Source: Nostoc sp. PCC 7120 = FACHB-418
GTDB taxonomy: Bacteria > Cyanobacteriota > Cyanobacteriia > Cyanobacteriales > Nostocaceae
Length of the DNA stretch: 32,000 nucleotides
Direction of reading: 5' to 3'
Assembly: GCF_000009705.1 (NCBI RefSeq)
Contig: NC_003272.1
Coordinates: 4,080,001-4,112,000 of the forward strand
A model generated the notes under the pieces. The model searched no databases and had not been told where the DNA came from. It saw only the letters and a program-made list of their open reading frames with translations. Positions 1 to 9,081 of this stretch are shown in pieces (the stretch's first letter is position 1; each line of letters begins with the position of its first letter). The position numbers and the translations under genes were made by a program.

Positions 1-255
1 GGATTGCAATTTACAGTAGTTCCAGAAGTCACAGGTTTACTTGCACCTCCACAAGATGAGTCAGCTTTTGCTACAGCCATAGACCGCATATTAGCCAACC
101 CAACTTGGCGAGATCAGCTAGGCACAGCCGCCCGCCAGCGAGTGGAAACCACCTTCAGCTGGGCCGGTGTAGCATCCCAATTGAGTCAGCTATACACTCA
201 TCTGTTAACTCAAAATGCGCCAGAAAAGAAGGAAAAAGAGGCTGTTGCAGCGTAG
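1..255 (+). CDS. C-terminal end of a GT-B fold (GT1/GT4-like) glycosyltransferase; the 5' part lies outside the window
   Basis: Frame 1 is open from base 1 to TAG at 253-255. The tail VVPEVTGLLAPPQDESAFATAIDRILANPTWRDQLGTAARQRVETTFSWAGVASQL matches the usual C-terminal pattern of group-1 glycosyltransferases (E-x-G-x-L-v-p-p-x-D, then a helix ending in fsW). Confidence 0.7.
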   Translation, partial: GLQFTVVPEVTGLLAPPQDESAFATAIDRILANPTWRDQLGTAARQRVETTFSWAGVASQLSQLYTHLLTQNAPEKKEKEAVAA

Positions 256-303
256 TTAAAGTGAGTTTGGTGGAACCTAACCCCAATCCGGTTCCAAATT
301 TAG

Positions 304-381
304 GGTGCGTCAGTGCGATATAACCTAAATATACTCAGAAATTACTCATACTGACGCACCTTACCAAACCTTCTAATCAGT
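304..381 (+). repeat. Dispersed palindromic repeat, copy A. The 57-nt core at 304-360 has 11-bp terminal inverted arms, followed by about 20 nt of shared flank
   Basis: GGTGCGTCAGT (304-314) is the exact reverse complement of ACTGACGCACC (350-360). The whole 57-mer recurs inverted at 24943-24999, 49/57 identical by hand alignment. Confidence 0.75.
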
Positions 382-493
382 CTTTCACCCTTCCTGTAGG
401 TGCGCCTCCCTTGGAGACTCACGTTAACAAAGGGAAATTAGGATAAAATCCTGTTTCTAAGTCTTACGAGTCGTGATGCGTAAAGCCCCCAAT

Positions 494-529
494 TATGAGG
501 GACAAAACCAATAAGTTTTGTCCCTCATA
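494..529. other. Perfect 15-bp stem / 6-nt loop hairpin in the putative left-end region of the IS
   Basis: TATGAGGGACAAAAC (494-508) pairs with GTTTTGTCCCTCATA (515-529). It is flanked by complementary CCCCCA (486-491) and TGGGGG (541-546), and followed on the + strand by CGTCTTTT. It could be an IS200-type read-through terminator or a TnpA-recognised structure. Confidence 0.5.
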
Positions 530-572
530 CGTCTTTTAAGTGGGGGATATAAGCTTTGGAGGATGAATTTAT

Positions 573-974
573 TCATCCGTGATGCGGGTCATTTATGTAC
601 TCTAAGACTTTCTGGGTGCTAACTTTCCCTGTAGTGTCAAACATATACGAATGTGTCCACAAACTAGGTAATCTCATTAACTCTGGAAACTCTTGTCGCA
701 AATATCTTGATGACCTACCCTTAAATGCTTTAACTATTTGAGATATTGAATGATGCGGGTCATATTCAACCAATAAATGAATATGGTCAGGGGCAATTTC
801 TAGTGCTTTGATAATCCATCTTTTATCATTAGCAACTGACTGAAATATCTCAATACATCGTAATTTTAATTTTTCATTATTAGCAAAAACCCTCCTACGT
901 CTACATGGTATCCAAACTAAATGAACAGTAGCCAATCCGATTGCGTGGTTGTAGTGATTATATACAGATTTCAT
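573..974 (-). CDS. tnpA: IS200/IS605-family Y1 (HUH) transposase TnpA
   Basis: 133-aa ORF with ATG at 974-972. It has the HUH motif in PDHIHLLVEY, the catalytic Tyr region LWTHSYMFDTTG, and VHLVWIPCRRRRVF, which is typical of Y1_Tnp proteins. Confidence 0.9.
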   Translation of the reverse strand: MKSVYNHYNHAIGLATVHLVWIPCRRRRVFANNEKLKLRCIEIFQSVANDKRWIIKALEIAPDHIHLLVEYDPHHSISQIVKAFKGRSSRYLRQEFPELMRLPSLWTHSYMFDTTGKVSTQKVLEYINDPHHG

Positions 975-1020
975 GTAGATGAGTATTGATTATCTACACT
1001 ACTAATGATATCATAACCAC

Positions 1021-2145
1021 ATGAAAACCTTGAAGTTCAAACTGTACCAGCACAAAAGAAATAGATTTCTCAAACGCATGATTAATGCAGGTGGGGCAAT
1101 CTACAACCATTGTATTGCTCTACATAAACGCTACTATCGTATGTGGGGCAAACACTTAAACTGTGCAAAACTTCAAGCTCATATTGCCAAACTGAGAAAG
1201 CGTAACCCATTTTGGCAAACAGTAGGTTCTCAGGCGGTACAAGATATTTGTCAACGCATTGAGAAAGCCTACCAATTATTTTTTAAACACAACAAGAAGG
1301 GGGTTAGACCACCAGGATTTAAGAAGGTAAAAAAATACAAATCATTTACTCTAAAACAAGCAGGTTATAAGTTTTTGGATGGAAATAGAGTAAAAATTGG
1401 GAGTAAAATTTATCAGTTTTGGAAGTCTAGAGAAATTGAGGGGACAGTCAAAACATTAACTATTAAACGCACACCATTAGGTGAGTTGTTTATGGTTGTG
1501 GTGGTTGACGAAGGTAACAAGCCAGAAACCAAATTCATGACTGGTAAGATAGCGGGATTTGATTTCGGTTTAAAAACCTTTCTCACTTGCTCAGACGGTA
1601 CAACAATTGAGTCTCCCCAGTTTTTTAAGCAATCCCTAAATGCAATTAAAAAAGCCAGCCGACAGCATTCTAAGAAATTAAAAGGTTCAGCCAATCGTGA
1701 GCAAGCTAGAAAGAACTTAGTACGCAGGTATGAAGATATCTTTAACCGTCGTCGTGATTGGTTCTGGAAGTTAGCCCATGAGTTAACGGATAAATTTGAT
1801 GTTCTCTGTTTTGAAACCTTAAACCTTAAAGGAATGCAACGACTTTGGGGAAGGAAAATATCAGACTTGGCTTTTGGTGAATTACTGCAAATTCTAGAAT
1901 GGGTTGCCAAAAACAAGAATAAACTGGTTGTTTTCATTGACCCGTGGTATCCCAGTAGCAAAACCTGCTCTAGCTGTGGACATATTTTAGAAAACCTAGA
2001 TTTGTCAATTAGACGCTGGCGTTGTCCTTCATGTCAATCTGAAAATGATCGGGATGGAAACGCTAGTTTGAATATTAAAAGAGTCGGGAGTTCGACTCTA
2101 GGCGTAGGAGATGTTAGACAGTCCCAGACTGCAATCTCTGTCTGA
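1021..2145 (+). CDS. tnpB: TnpB (IS605 OrfB family) RNA-guided endonuclease
   Basis: 374-aa ORF. Motifs: RuvC-I AGFDFGLKTF, RuvC-II CFETLNLKGM, zinc ribbon CSSCGH...CPSCQ, RuvC-III NDRDGNASLNI. It lies divergent to tnpA across a 46-bp spacer. Confidence 0.93.
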   Translation: MKTLKFKLYQHKRNRFLKRMINAGGAIYNHCIALHKRYYRMWGKHLNCAKLQAHIAKLRKRNPFWQTVGSQAVQDICQRIEKAYQLFFKHNKKGVRPPGFKKVKKYKSFTLKQAGYKFLDGNRVKIGSKIYQFWKSREIEGTVKTLTIKRTPLGELFMVVVVDEGNKPETKFMTGKIAGFDFGLKTFLTCSDGTTIESPQFFKQSLNAIKKASRQHSKKLKGSANREQARKNLVRRYEDIFNRRRDWFWKLAHELTDKFDVLCFETLNLKGMQRLWGRKISDLAFGELLQILEWVAKNKNKLVVFIDPWYPSSKTCSSCGHILENLDLSIRRWRCPSCQSENDRDGNASLNIKRVGSSTLGVGDVRQSQTAISV

Positions 2146-2293
2146 TGCCTGAATCCCCCGTTTTCAAAACGGGGGAGTGGCTCAAGGCTTACCTCTGTCC
2201 ACGAAACGCTACGCGTAAGCGTCCCGTAGGGAACATAGAGAAGGAAAGATGGCTTTTTCATCGGTTCTGGTGTACACCGTTTATGATGGTTAC
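2100..2293 (+). ncRNA. Candidate omega RNA (reRNA) scaffold of TnpB; extent uncertain
   Basis: The position (3' end of tnpB to the right IS end) is where omega RNAs are encoded in this family. There is a GC-rich hairpin CCCCCGTTT-tca-AAACGGGGG at 2155-2175 and a second hairpin ACGCT-acgcgta-AGCGT at 2206-2222. I have no expression data and no covariance-model search. Confidence 0.3.
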
Positions 2294-2707
2294 TTAATCA
2301 AATAAATTTAATGCCTGAGCAAATGCAGGTTCTTCTGTTTTAGTTTGCATAATTGATTTGACTAAATAAATAAAATTACCATCTAGTTGATTATCGTTTT
2401 CAATTGTCTTGCTAGCCGCATAAAAGCTCGTATCATCAATACTTAATTCATTTGTAGTGCCAGTTTGAAATCCTGAGAGTTTTTTATCCCAAGATAGTGA
2501 CTGACCGCGCAAAGTAAATTGAAACCAGGAAATTTCGCCATCTTCAAACTCAAAAAAAACATCAAAATAGGGTTCTTCGCCTTGAAACCAAATTCTAGTT
2601 TTCCCCTCATTTTGACTTTTCTTGAGTAGTTTATGTTCGATTTTTCTTAATGATTTACCCAGTGAGATAATTTCATTTGCACTTAATAGATTATCGGTAT
2701 TTTTCAT
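2294..2707 (-). CDS. Hypothetical protein (137 aa), no family recognised
   Basis: Clean ATG-started ORF that is AT-rich with no HIP1. The acidic/aromatic core is IWFQGEEPYFDVFFEFEDGEISWFQFTLRGQSLSW. Its stop codon abuts the IS right flank. Confidence 0.55.
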   Translation of the reverse strand: MKNTDNLLSANEIISLGKSLRKIEHKLLKKSQNEGKTRIWFQGEEPYFDVFFEFEDGEISWFQFTLRGQSLSWDKKLSGFQTGTTNELSIDDTSFYAASKTIENDNQLDGNFIYLVKSIMQTKTEEPAFAQALNLFD

Positions 2708-2800
2708 ACTTAAAAGTTGGGAGTATTTTAATCATTCAAGATAGTAGATGCTATATTTATGGAAAAATTAATGGTGGTTAAATAAGCTGATTATTTAATA

Positions 2801-3931
2801 TTATCTAACAGCATTAGATGTAGATATTTTACCTTGCTCAACAAAAAGGATTTGCGATGAGTTTAACCACTGGGCATCAAAAGAACTGAGGTGAGTTGTA
2901 GTAATTAAGGTTTGAAATCTGTCTTGAATTGTATCCAGTAATTGATTCTGGCGAGATGGATCTAATTCTGCCAAAACATCATCAAGTAAGAGTAAAGGAG
3001 GTTCTTTAACAACTTCCTCAATTAATTGCAGTTCTGCGAGTTTGAGAGCTAATACCAGCGTGCGTTGCTGACCCTGAGAACCGTATTGACGGGCTGGAGT
3101 TTGATTGATAGTTAATTCTACTTCGTCCCGATGGGGGCCGACAAGGGTAGTACCTCGGTAAATTTCGGGAACGGCTCGTTGCTGTAACTGGCTTAAAAAA
3201 GCTTGCTGCACCTCTTCGGGTTGATTTTTCACCAATTGCACATTAGGCGTATAGTTGATTTGCAGAACTTCTGTACTACCACTAATACTGGTGTGCCAAG
3301 CAGTAGCTAGGGGGGCAAGTCGAGCTAAAGCGCGATCGCGTCTCCTAATTACCTTTGTTCCTGTAGTAACCAATTGCGCGTCCCAAATAGCCAGGGCTGA
3401 GTCTTGAGTAGTGAGTGCTGAGTCTTGCAACTTCTTTAAATAGGCATTGCGTTGACGTAACACCTGATTATATTGCTGCAAAATATGGGCATAAACTGGC
3501 TCAAGCTGAATCAGGAGAGTATCCAGCCAGTTGCGCCGGACTTCAGGACTACCACGCACCAGTTCTAAATCCAAACTGGAGAACTGCACCGCATTTAACA
3601 CACCTAAAAAATCCATTTGTCGCCGCAGAGGTTCCCCATTCAGGGCGACCGTGCGGCGACCATTACGCCGCAGAATCAGACTGAGGTCACTAACCCCTGT
3701 GTCTCGCTCCAAAGTGGCGTTTATTTGGGCTACTGGTTCCTCTTCTTGGACGAAATCGCGATCGCGTGCCATCCGGTGCGATCGCAATGTCGCCAATAAC
3801 TCCACAGCCTCCAACAAATTCGACTTTCCCTGAGCGTTATTACCCACCAAAATAGTTTTGGCAGCCGTAAACTCAACCTTTTGGTCGTAGTAGTTGCGAA
3901 AATGTCGGAGGTGTAGAGTCTTGAGGTACAT
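2801..3931 (-). CDS. recF: DNA replication and repair protein RecF
   Basis: Walker A GNNAQGKSNLLEA, ABC-like signature SQGQQRT, Walker B LLLLDDVLAELD. The ORF track starts at TTG 3940, but the ATG at 3931-3929 gives the typical RecF N-terminus MYLKTLHLRHFRNY. Confidence 0.93.
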   Translation of the reverse strand: MYLKTLHLRHFRNYYDQKVEFTAAKTILVGNNAQGKSNLLEAVELLATLRSHRMARDRDFVQEEEPVAQINATLERDTGVSDLSLILRRNGRRTVALNGEPLRRQMDFLGVLNAVQFSSLDLELVRGSPEVRRNWLDTLLIQLEPVYAHILQQYNQVLRQRNAYLKKLQDSALTTQDSALAIWDAQLVTTGTKVIRRRDRALARLAPLATAWHTSISGSTEVLQINYTPNVQLVKNQPEEVQQAFLSQLQQRAVPEIYRGTTLVGPHRDEVELTINQTPARQYGSQGQQRTLVLALKLAELQLIEEVVKEPPLLLLDDVLAELDPSRQNQLLDTIQDRFQTLITTTHLSSFDAQWLNSSQILFVEQGKISTSNAVR

Positions 3932-3993
3932 AAAAAACAATAGGGATATCAGACAGAATTAAAAACGCAAAATTTAAAACTCAAAACGGGAGA

Positions 3994-4014
3994 TTTTGAA
4001 TTTTGAATTTTGAA
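3994..4014. repeat. STRR-type heptamer array (TTTTGAA x3)
   Basis: Three exact tandem copies at 3994-4000, 4001-4007 and 4008-4014, located between the ATPase stop (4018) and the recF start. Confidence 0.75.
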
Positions 4015-4017
4015 TTG

Positions 4018-6891
4018 CTAAACAGTCCTCTTACCCATAAAGCGGAAGAATAACTTCTCCATCTCCACCCAAACAAACATCAAGGCGCTGAAGCCGACGC
4101 AAATTGCTAACTCGTCAAGTGGTAGCCAGTGAGTGCCAAAGAAATCCCGCAGGGGTGGAACGTAGACCAGCATGAGTTGCAAAATTGTTGTGACAACAAC
4201 TGCCCCTAATACATAAGGATTTGAGACAGGATTCGTCTCTATGGTGAGTTGGTTGTTGGAGCGAATGGCGATCGCATGACCCATTTGAGCAATACACAGA
4301 GATGTAAAGACCATTGTTTTCCAACGCTCAGGATCGAGTCCTGGCCCTGTCACTGCGTGGGAATGATCATAAGCCCATTTCATCAAGATAATACTGATGA
4401 TGGCAAAGACAATCCCGATACGAATCATGTAAGAACCCAAGCCTCTAGCAAAAATGCTTTCACGGGGGCTGAAGGGTGGGCGCTTCATCACATCAGGTTC
4501 GGGCGGTTCCACAGCCAAGGCTAAGGCTGGTAAACCATCTGTTACCAAGTTCATCCAGAGAATTTGTAGGGGTGTTAGGGGTACTCCTCCTAGTCCCATG
4601 AGTGGTGCAGCCGCAATGGTGAGGACTTCGCCGATGTTGCTGCCCAGGATGTATTTGATAAAGCGGCGGATGTTGGTGTAAACTACCCTACCTTCTTTAG
4701 TTGCGGTGACAATAGTAGCGAAGTTGTCATCAAGTAGCACCATATCGCTGGCTTCTTTACTGACATCTGTGCCAGTAATACCCATAGCGATCCCAATATC
4801 AGCTTGTTTGAGGGCTGGGGCATCGTTCACACCATCGCCCGTCATGGCGACGAATCTACCACGACGTTGCAGCGCTTGGACAATCCGCAATTTGTGTTCT
4901 GGAGATACCCGCGCATAAATGCTTACTAGGTCTACTTGTTGTTCTAATTCCTGGTCATCCATCCGTTGTAATTCTTGACCAGTGAGAACTCTGTCACCTT
5001 CTTGGGCAATACCCAGGTCTGTGGCGATCGCTCTTGCCGTTAGTTGATGGTCGCCTGTAATCATAATGGGGCGAATACCAGCTTCTCGGCACTCTTGGAC
5101 TGCTGCCCGGACTTCAGGACGTGGGGCATCTAGCATCCCCACCAAGCCCAGCCAAACCATTCCTTGTTCTGATGTCTCATCCGACCCTTCCGGCGGCACT
5201 TCTGCCAAGGGTTTGTAAGCAAAACCTAATACCCGCAGACCTTTACTAGCCAACTGGTCATTTGCTGCCAAAATTTGTTGACGTTGTTCGTCATTGAGGT
5301 GGTCTGAGTTTGCACCCAAGTGAATGGCTGTGCAACGTGCCAAAATCAACTCTGGGGAACCCTTGGTAAACATGATGTAAGGTTCACTGTTGACCAGACC
5401 TGCCAAGGTGGGATCAACGGTTGCCATTGTCGGTTCACCTGTGGCTACCTTCTCTACCTGGGAAATGACGCTCATGCGTTTACGTTCCGAAGAAAACGGA
5501 AACTCTCTCACACGGGGTAACTTATAGTTCCACTGGTCTTTTTCAATGCCTGCTTTACCTGCCAGTGTCACTAATGCCCCTTCTGTAGGGTCGCCTAAAA
5601 TCATCCATTCCCCTGCTTCTTTTTGTAGTACTGAGTCGTTACAGACAGCACAAGCAACTAACAAAGCGGGAATTTCCGGATAATCTTCCGCCGGCACGTT
5701 TTGACCATCTAGCTGAAACTCGCCCACTGGTGCATAACCTTCACCTGTGACGCGAAAAGTTTTATGGTTTGTGTAAATTGACTGCACTACCATTTTGTTC
5801 TGGGTGAGTGTCCCGGTTTTATCAGAACAAATAGTAGTTACAGAACCCAAGGTTTCTACGGCTGGTAGTTTACGAATTAAGGCATTACGCCGCACCATGC
5901 GCTGGGTTCCCAGTGCCAAGGTAACTGTAATTACGGCGGGTAAACCTTCGGGAACTACGGCTACTGCCATACTCAAGGAAACTTCTAATAAGTCTCTCAG
6001 GGGGCTAAAATTCCCTGCTTGAATGACACCACCCACAACGACAATCGCCACCAACACCAAGGAACCGCTTACTAGAACATTCCCTAGCTGAGTCATCCGT
6101 TGTTGCAAGGGGGTAGGTTCATTTTCCACCGACTGCAACATGGTGGCAATTTTGCCTAGTTCCGTGGTCATGCCAGTATTAGTTACTAGCACCTTGCCAC
6201 GACCTTGGACTACTTCAGTACCTTGGTAAACTACATTAATGCGATCGCCTAAAGATGTATCTTCTGGTAGTTGTAAAGATGCTTGTTTATTTACGGCTTC
6301 CGCTTCACCAGTTAAAGCCGACTCTCGCACCTGTAAATTAGCTTGTTCAATCAAGCGGCCATCGGCGGAGATTTGCACCCCAGCCTCTAACAACATCACA
6401 TCCCCTGGGACTATATCTTTGGCTGCTACATCTACCAACTTACCACTACGGATGACCCGCACAGAGGGAGAGGCGAGTTTTTTCAATGCCGCGAGGGCTT
6501 GTTCAGCACGACTTTCCTGAACATAACCGAGAATACCATTGAGGATGACAATCGCTAAGATGGCGATCGTATCTTTGAAAGGTATTTCCCCAGGCTTGAG
6601 TTCACCTGCTTGCCAAGAGATAAAATCTAAAGACCCAGAAATAAAAGCTACTGCAATCAGCATCAACAACATAATGTTCTTGAACTGATCAAACAGAATC
6701 TCCCAAGCGCTACGGCCTCCATGTTCTTCTAGCTCGTTGGGGCCATATTTTTGCAACCGTTGTTCAACTTCTTCGGTTGTCAAGCCACTGTCTGCATTAC
6801 TATTGAGCAGTCCTAGTGCTTTATCAACTTCCAAGCTGTGCCAAGTAGTGGAACTTTCAGGCAGAGAATTAGCAGACATTGTGTAAGTCAC
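4018..6891 (-). CDS. Cation-transporting P-type ATPase, P2 (SERCA/PacL-like, probable Ca2+) subfamily
   Basis: 957 aa. N-terminal cation-ATPase domain ([19 protein letters not shown]), actuator LTGEA, M4 motif VPEGLPAV, phosphorylation site [11 protein letters not shown], hinge [13 protein letters not shown], and about 10 hydrophobic segments. Confidence 0.95.
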   Translation of the reverse strand: MTYTMSANSLPESSTTWHSLEVDKALGLLNSNADSGLTTEEVEQRLQKYGPNELEEHGGRSAWEILFDQFKNIMLLMLIAVAFISGSLDFISWQAGELKPGEIPFKDTIAILAIVILNGILGYVQESRAEQALAALKKLASPSVRVIRSGKLVDVAAKDIVPGDVMLLEAGVQISADGRLIEQANLQVRESALTGEAEAVNKQASLQLPEDTSLGDRINVVYQGTEVVQGRGKVLVTNTGMTTELGKIATMLQSVENEPTPLQQRMTQLGNVLVSGSLVLVAIVVVGGVIQAGNFSPLRDLLEVSLSMAVAVVPEGLPAVITVTLALGTQRMVRRNALIRKLPAVETLGSVTTICSDKTGTLTQNKMVVQSIYTNHKTFRVTGEGYAPVGEFQLDGQNVPAEDYPEIPALLVACAVCNDSVLQKEAGEWMILGDPTEGALVTLAGKAGIEKDQWNYKLPRVREFPFSSERKRMSVISQVEKVATGEPTMATVDPTLAGLVNSEPYIMFTKGSPELILARCTAIHLGANSDHLNDEQRQQILAANDQLASKGLRVLGFAYKPLAEVPPEGSDETSEQGMVWLGLVGMLDAPRPEVRAAVQECREAGIRPIMITGDHQLTARAIATDLGIAQEGDRVLTGQELQRMDDQELEQQVDLVSIYARVSPEHKLRIVQALQRRGRFVAMTGDGVNDAPALKQADIGIAMGITGTDVSKEASDMVLLDDNFATIVTATKEGRVVYTNIRRFIKYILGSNIGEVLTIAAAPLMGLGGVPLTPLQILWMNLVTDGLPALALAVEPPEPDVMKRPPFSPRESIFARGLGSYMIRIGIVFAIISIILMKWAYDHSHAVTGPGLDPERWKTMVFTSLCIAQMGHAIAIRSNNQLTIETNPVSNPYVLGAVVVTTILQLMLVYVPPLRDFFGTHWLPLDELAICVGFSALMFVWVEMEKLFFRFMGKRTV

Positions 6892-7236
6892 AGAAAATGG
6901 TTACAAAATTCGATCATAATTTAGTGATGGACGGAAAACCATCCACCAAAGTTACATTACATCTATTGTCTAGATGTATGAGTACTAACTTAAGTCGCTA
7001 CTCATCGAGAGGAGCGATGGTAATTTGGTTATGGGTAATTGATCATAGTTTTTCCCATTACCTATGACATTAGATCCAAAAGTTAATTTATTACCTTGTG
7101 GTGCATATGTATTATTTCTTCAGCCAGAGTTTTCTGGAAGACATTTTACTGATAATTGAGAATAACACCCAGTCTGATTTTGGATTACAAATGCCATGCC
7201 ACAATTAATTTTAGGCGTGCTAACCGTTAAATAAAT

Positions 7237-8916
7237 ATGCTTAATATGAGTTTTGCACCCACCAGTTTGACAGTTAGCCAAATGTCAGGGACAAGGACAA
7301 TTAGACCATTGACAGCTGCTACTTTATGTGGCATTGCTTTTATCCAGGATAGACTGATCGCCATTGACAGTATCAAGGGGCATTTACTAGAAATTGACCC
7401 GAAAACTGATAACAGCAAGATTCTCAACCCTCACCAAGCCAAAGAGTTTACAGATGTAACCGGTTTAGCTGTTTGGGAGGATAACCTTTGGGTAACTCGC
7501 GGTAACAGTGTGTATGTATCTAAGCTCTCATCTTTAGGCTTGGAACATTTTGTCACGTTACCTTATAGCGCCGACGGTGTTGCTGTTTGGGAATCAACAG
7601 TTTACGTTAGTTGCCATAGGTTAGGTTACATTCTGATTTTTGACCGCGATACTCGTAAAGAGATTACCAGATTTTATGCCCCTGGAGTTGGGGTAGAGAA
7701 TTTGGTTGTCAATGGTAATACATTGTGGGTGTGCGATCGCACCGAACAAACAGTCTACTCTATGGATAGGGCAACTGGGGAGGTAATATTTAGTGTTTTA
7801 ACTCCCTTTGAATCACCTACAGGCATAGCGGTACATTTAGATGCCGAAACAGGTAAAGAAAATCTTTATGTTGCCTACGCCTCAGAAGAACCCTATATCC
7901 GGGATAATCCCAATGCTGATCCTAATCATGAATTAACGTACCGCGATCGCACTTTTATTCACCCCCTCTACTATCATCACCAGCCAGATAAACACTACGC
8001 CCTTTCTAACGGTTATTTAATCGAAATGTCCTACGCTGAGGAAATTTCGCCTTTAGAAGAGGTGTACATCCCAGAGGTAGAATGGCGGATTGCTCTCCCC
8101 TCAGAAACTGAACGCCAAAAAATTCGACACATTGAACCCATCGGTATACCTTTCACAGAAGAAGTCATTGACGGACAACGTGTTGCATTATTTAAATTTG
8201 ATGCCCTAGTTCCTGGTGAACGCCATATCTTTGGCTGGAAAGCATTATTAGAAGTCCGAGGCATTAAGTATCGCATCACACCCAAAGAAGTAGAGAATAT
8301 TCCTGAACTATCACCGGAATTTCAAGAGCGCTACTTGGTGGATGATGACGATTTAGCAATGGACACTAGTATAGTCCGCCGCGCTGCTGAAGAAGCTGTT
8401 GGCTCAGAAACAAATTTGTTGCGGAAAATGTACAGCATCCGTAATTATGTTTACGATGAGCTATCTTATGGTATTAAGCCATACATAGATACACCTGATA
8501 TCGTTTTAGAGCGAGGCATTGGTTCCTGTGGCGAATATGTGGGTGTGTTACTTGCTCTTTGCCGTTTGAATGGTATTCCTTGCCGTACCGTGGGCAGATA
8601 CAAATGCCCCCCACAAGCCGAACAGCAAGGAGTTCCCCTGCAACCAGATTTTAATCATGTGTGGTTAGAATTTTACATTCCTGGCTTTGGCTGGTTGCCG
8701 ATGGAATCTAACCCTGATGATTTGGGTCGTGGTAGCCAGTACCCTACTCGCTTTTTTATGGGCTTATGCTGGTATCACATTGAAATCGGTAAAGGTGTTT
8801 CCTTTGAAACTATCAGTAGTCAAGGTAAGAGATTAACCAAGGATGATATCCCCATAGGTGATTTGGCGATTAATCACATTCGGTTTACAATTGTCAAGGA
8901 ATTACCAGATTTTTGA
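7237..8916 (+). CDS. Transglutaminase-like domain protein with an N-terminal beta-propeller-like repeat region
   Basis: 559 aa. The C-terminal Cys-His-Asp core is GIGSCGEYVGVLLALCRLNGIPCR, FNHVWLEFYIPGFGWLPMESNPDD. The N-terminal half has repeated G-[LV]-AVWE..[LV][WY]V blade-like motifs. Confidence 0.85.
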   Translation: MLNMSFAPTSLTVSQMSGTRTIRPLTAATLCGIAFIQDRLIAIDSIKGHLLEIDPKTDNSKILNPHQAKEFTDVTGLAVWEDNLWVTRGNSVYVSKLSSLGLEHFVTLPYSADGVAVWESTVYVSCHRLGYILIFDRDTRKEITRFYAPGVGVENLVVNGNTLWVCDRTEQTVYSMDRATGEVIFSVLTPFESPTGIAVHLDAETGKENLYVAYASEEPYIRDNPNADPNHELTYRDRTFIHPLYYHHQPDKHYALSNGYLIEMSYAEEISPLEEVYIPEVEWRIALPSETERQKIRHIEPIGIPFTEEVIDGQRVALFKFDALVPGERHIFGWKALLEVRGIKYRITPKEVENIPELSPEFQERYLVDDDDLAMDTSIVRRAAEEAVGSETNLLRKMYSIRNYVYDELSYGIKPYIDTPDIVLERGIGSCGEYVGVLLALCRLNGIPCRTVGRYKCPPQAEQQGVPLQPDFNHVWLEFYIPGFGWLPMESNPDDLGRGSQYPTRFFMGLCWYHIEIGKGVSFETISSQGKRLTKDDIPIGDLAINHIRFTIVKELPDF

Positions 8917-9081
8917 AGCTGCTCCTACAAGAATGAAAAATGGACAGAGGGAATGATGATATCTGCCCTCTGCCCTAAAATTTGGTAAGTAAATTGGGCA
9001 TACACTATTAGATAATTAAGGGTAATCGATTGTCGAAGTCTGCATCGATAATCTGATTTCCCTTAAAACAGAGTCAAATTT

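Larger units (their letters stand above)
382..2293 (+). mobile_element. IS200/IS605-family insertion sequence (divergent tnpA and tnpB); boundaries approximate
   Basis: It contains intact Y1 tnpA and tnpB genes, with hairpin-rich non-coding flanks at 382-572 and 2146-2293. I saw no HIP1 octamer inside it. It is more AT-rich than the neighbouring chromosome. This family has no TIRs or TSDs, so exact ends cannot be read off directly. Confidence 0.8.

Noticed and set aside
105-323. 72-aa ORF overlapping the glycosyltransferase tail and repeat copy A.
   Set aside because: It is out of frame with a convincing GT C-terminus and extends into a palindromic repeat.
581-763. Direct repeat GATGCGGGTCAT at 581-592 and 752-763 inside tnpA.
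   Set aside because: Both copies encode the same peptide (DPHH) in the tnpA frame. This is a coding coincidence or internal duplication, not a regulatory repeat.
1413-1961. 182-aa ORF antisense to tnpB.
   Set aside because: It lies fully inside the well-supported tnpB frame. It is low-complexity with no recognisable motif, and is a typical shadow ORF.
2034-2261. 75-aa minus-strand ORF across the tnpB 3' end and the hairpin region.
   Set aside because: It overlaps tnpB and the structured non-coding right end. The region is better explained as RNA.
3415-3833. Three overlapping plus-strand ORFs (89, 100 and 60 aa) inside recF.
   Set aside because: They are antisense shadow frames of a strongly supported gene, Arg/Ser/Pro-rich with no motifs.
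4115-6520. Multiple 66-93 aa ORFs on both strands within the P-type ATPase.
   Set aside because: All lie inside the 957-aa ATPase frame, whose motifs are unambiguous.
6892-7100. Possible yybP-ykoY (Mn2+) riboswitch in the leader of the P-type ATPase. The minus strand reads GATGAGTAGCGAC, resembling the GGGGAGUAGCGUC core.
   Set aside because: Only about 10 of 13 positions match. The leader folds into three simple consecutive hairpins rather than the four-helix architecture, and the second conserved half-site is not recognisable.
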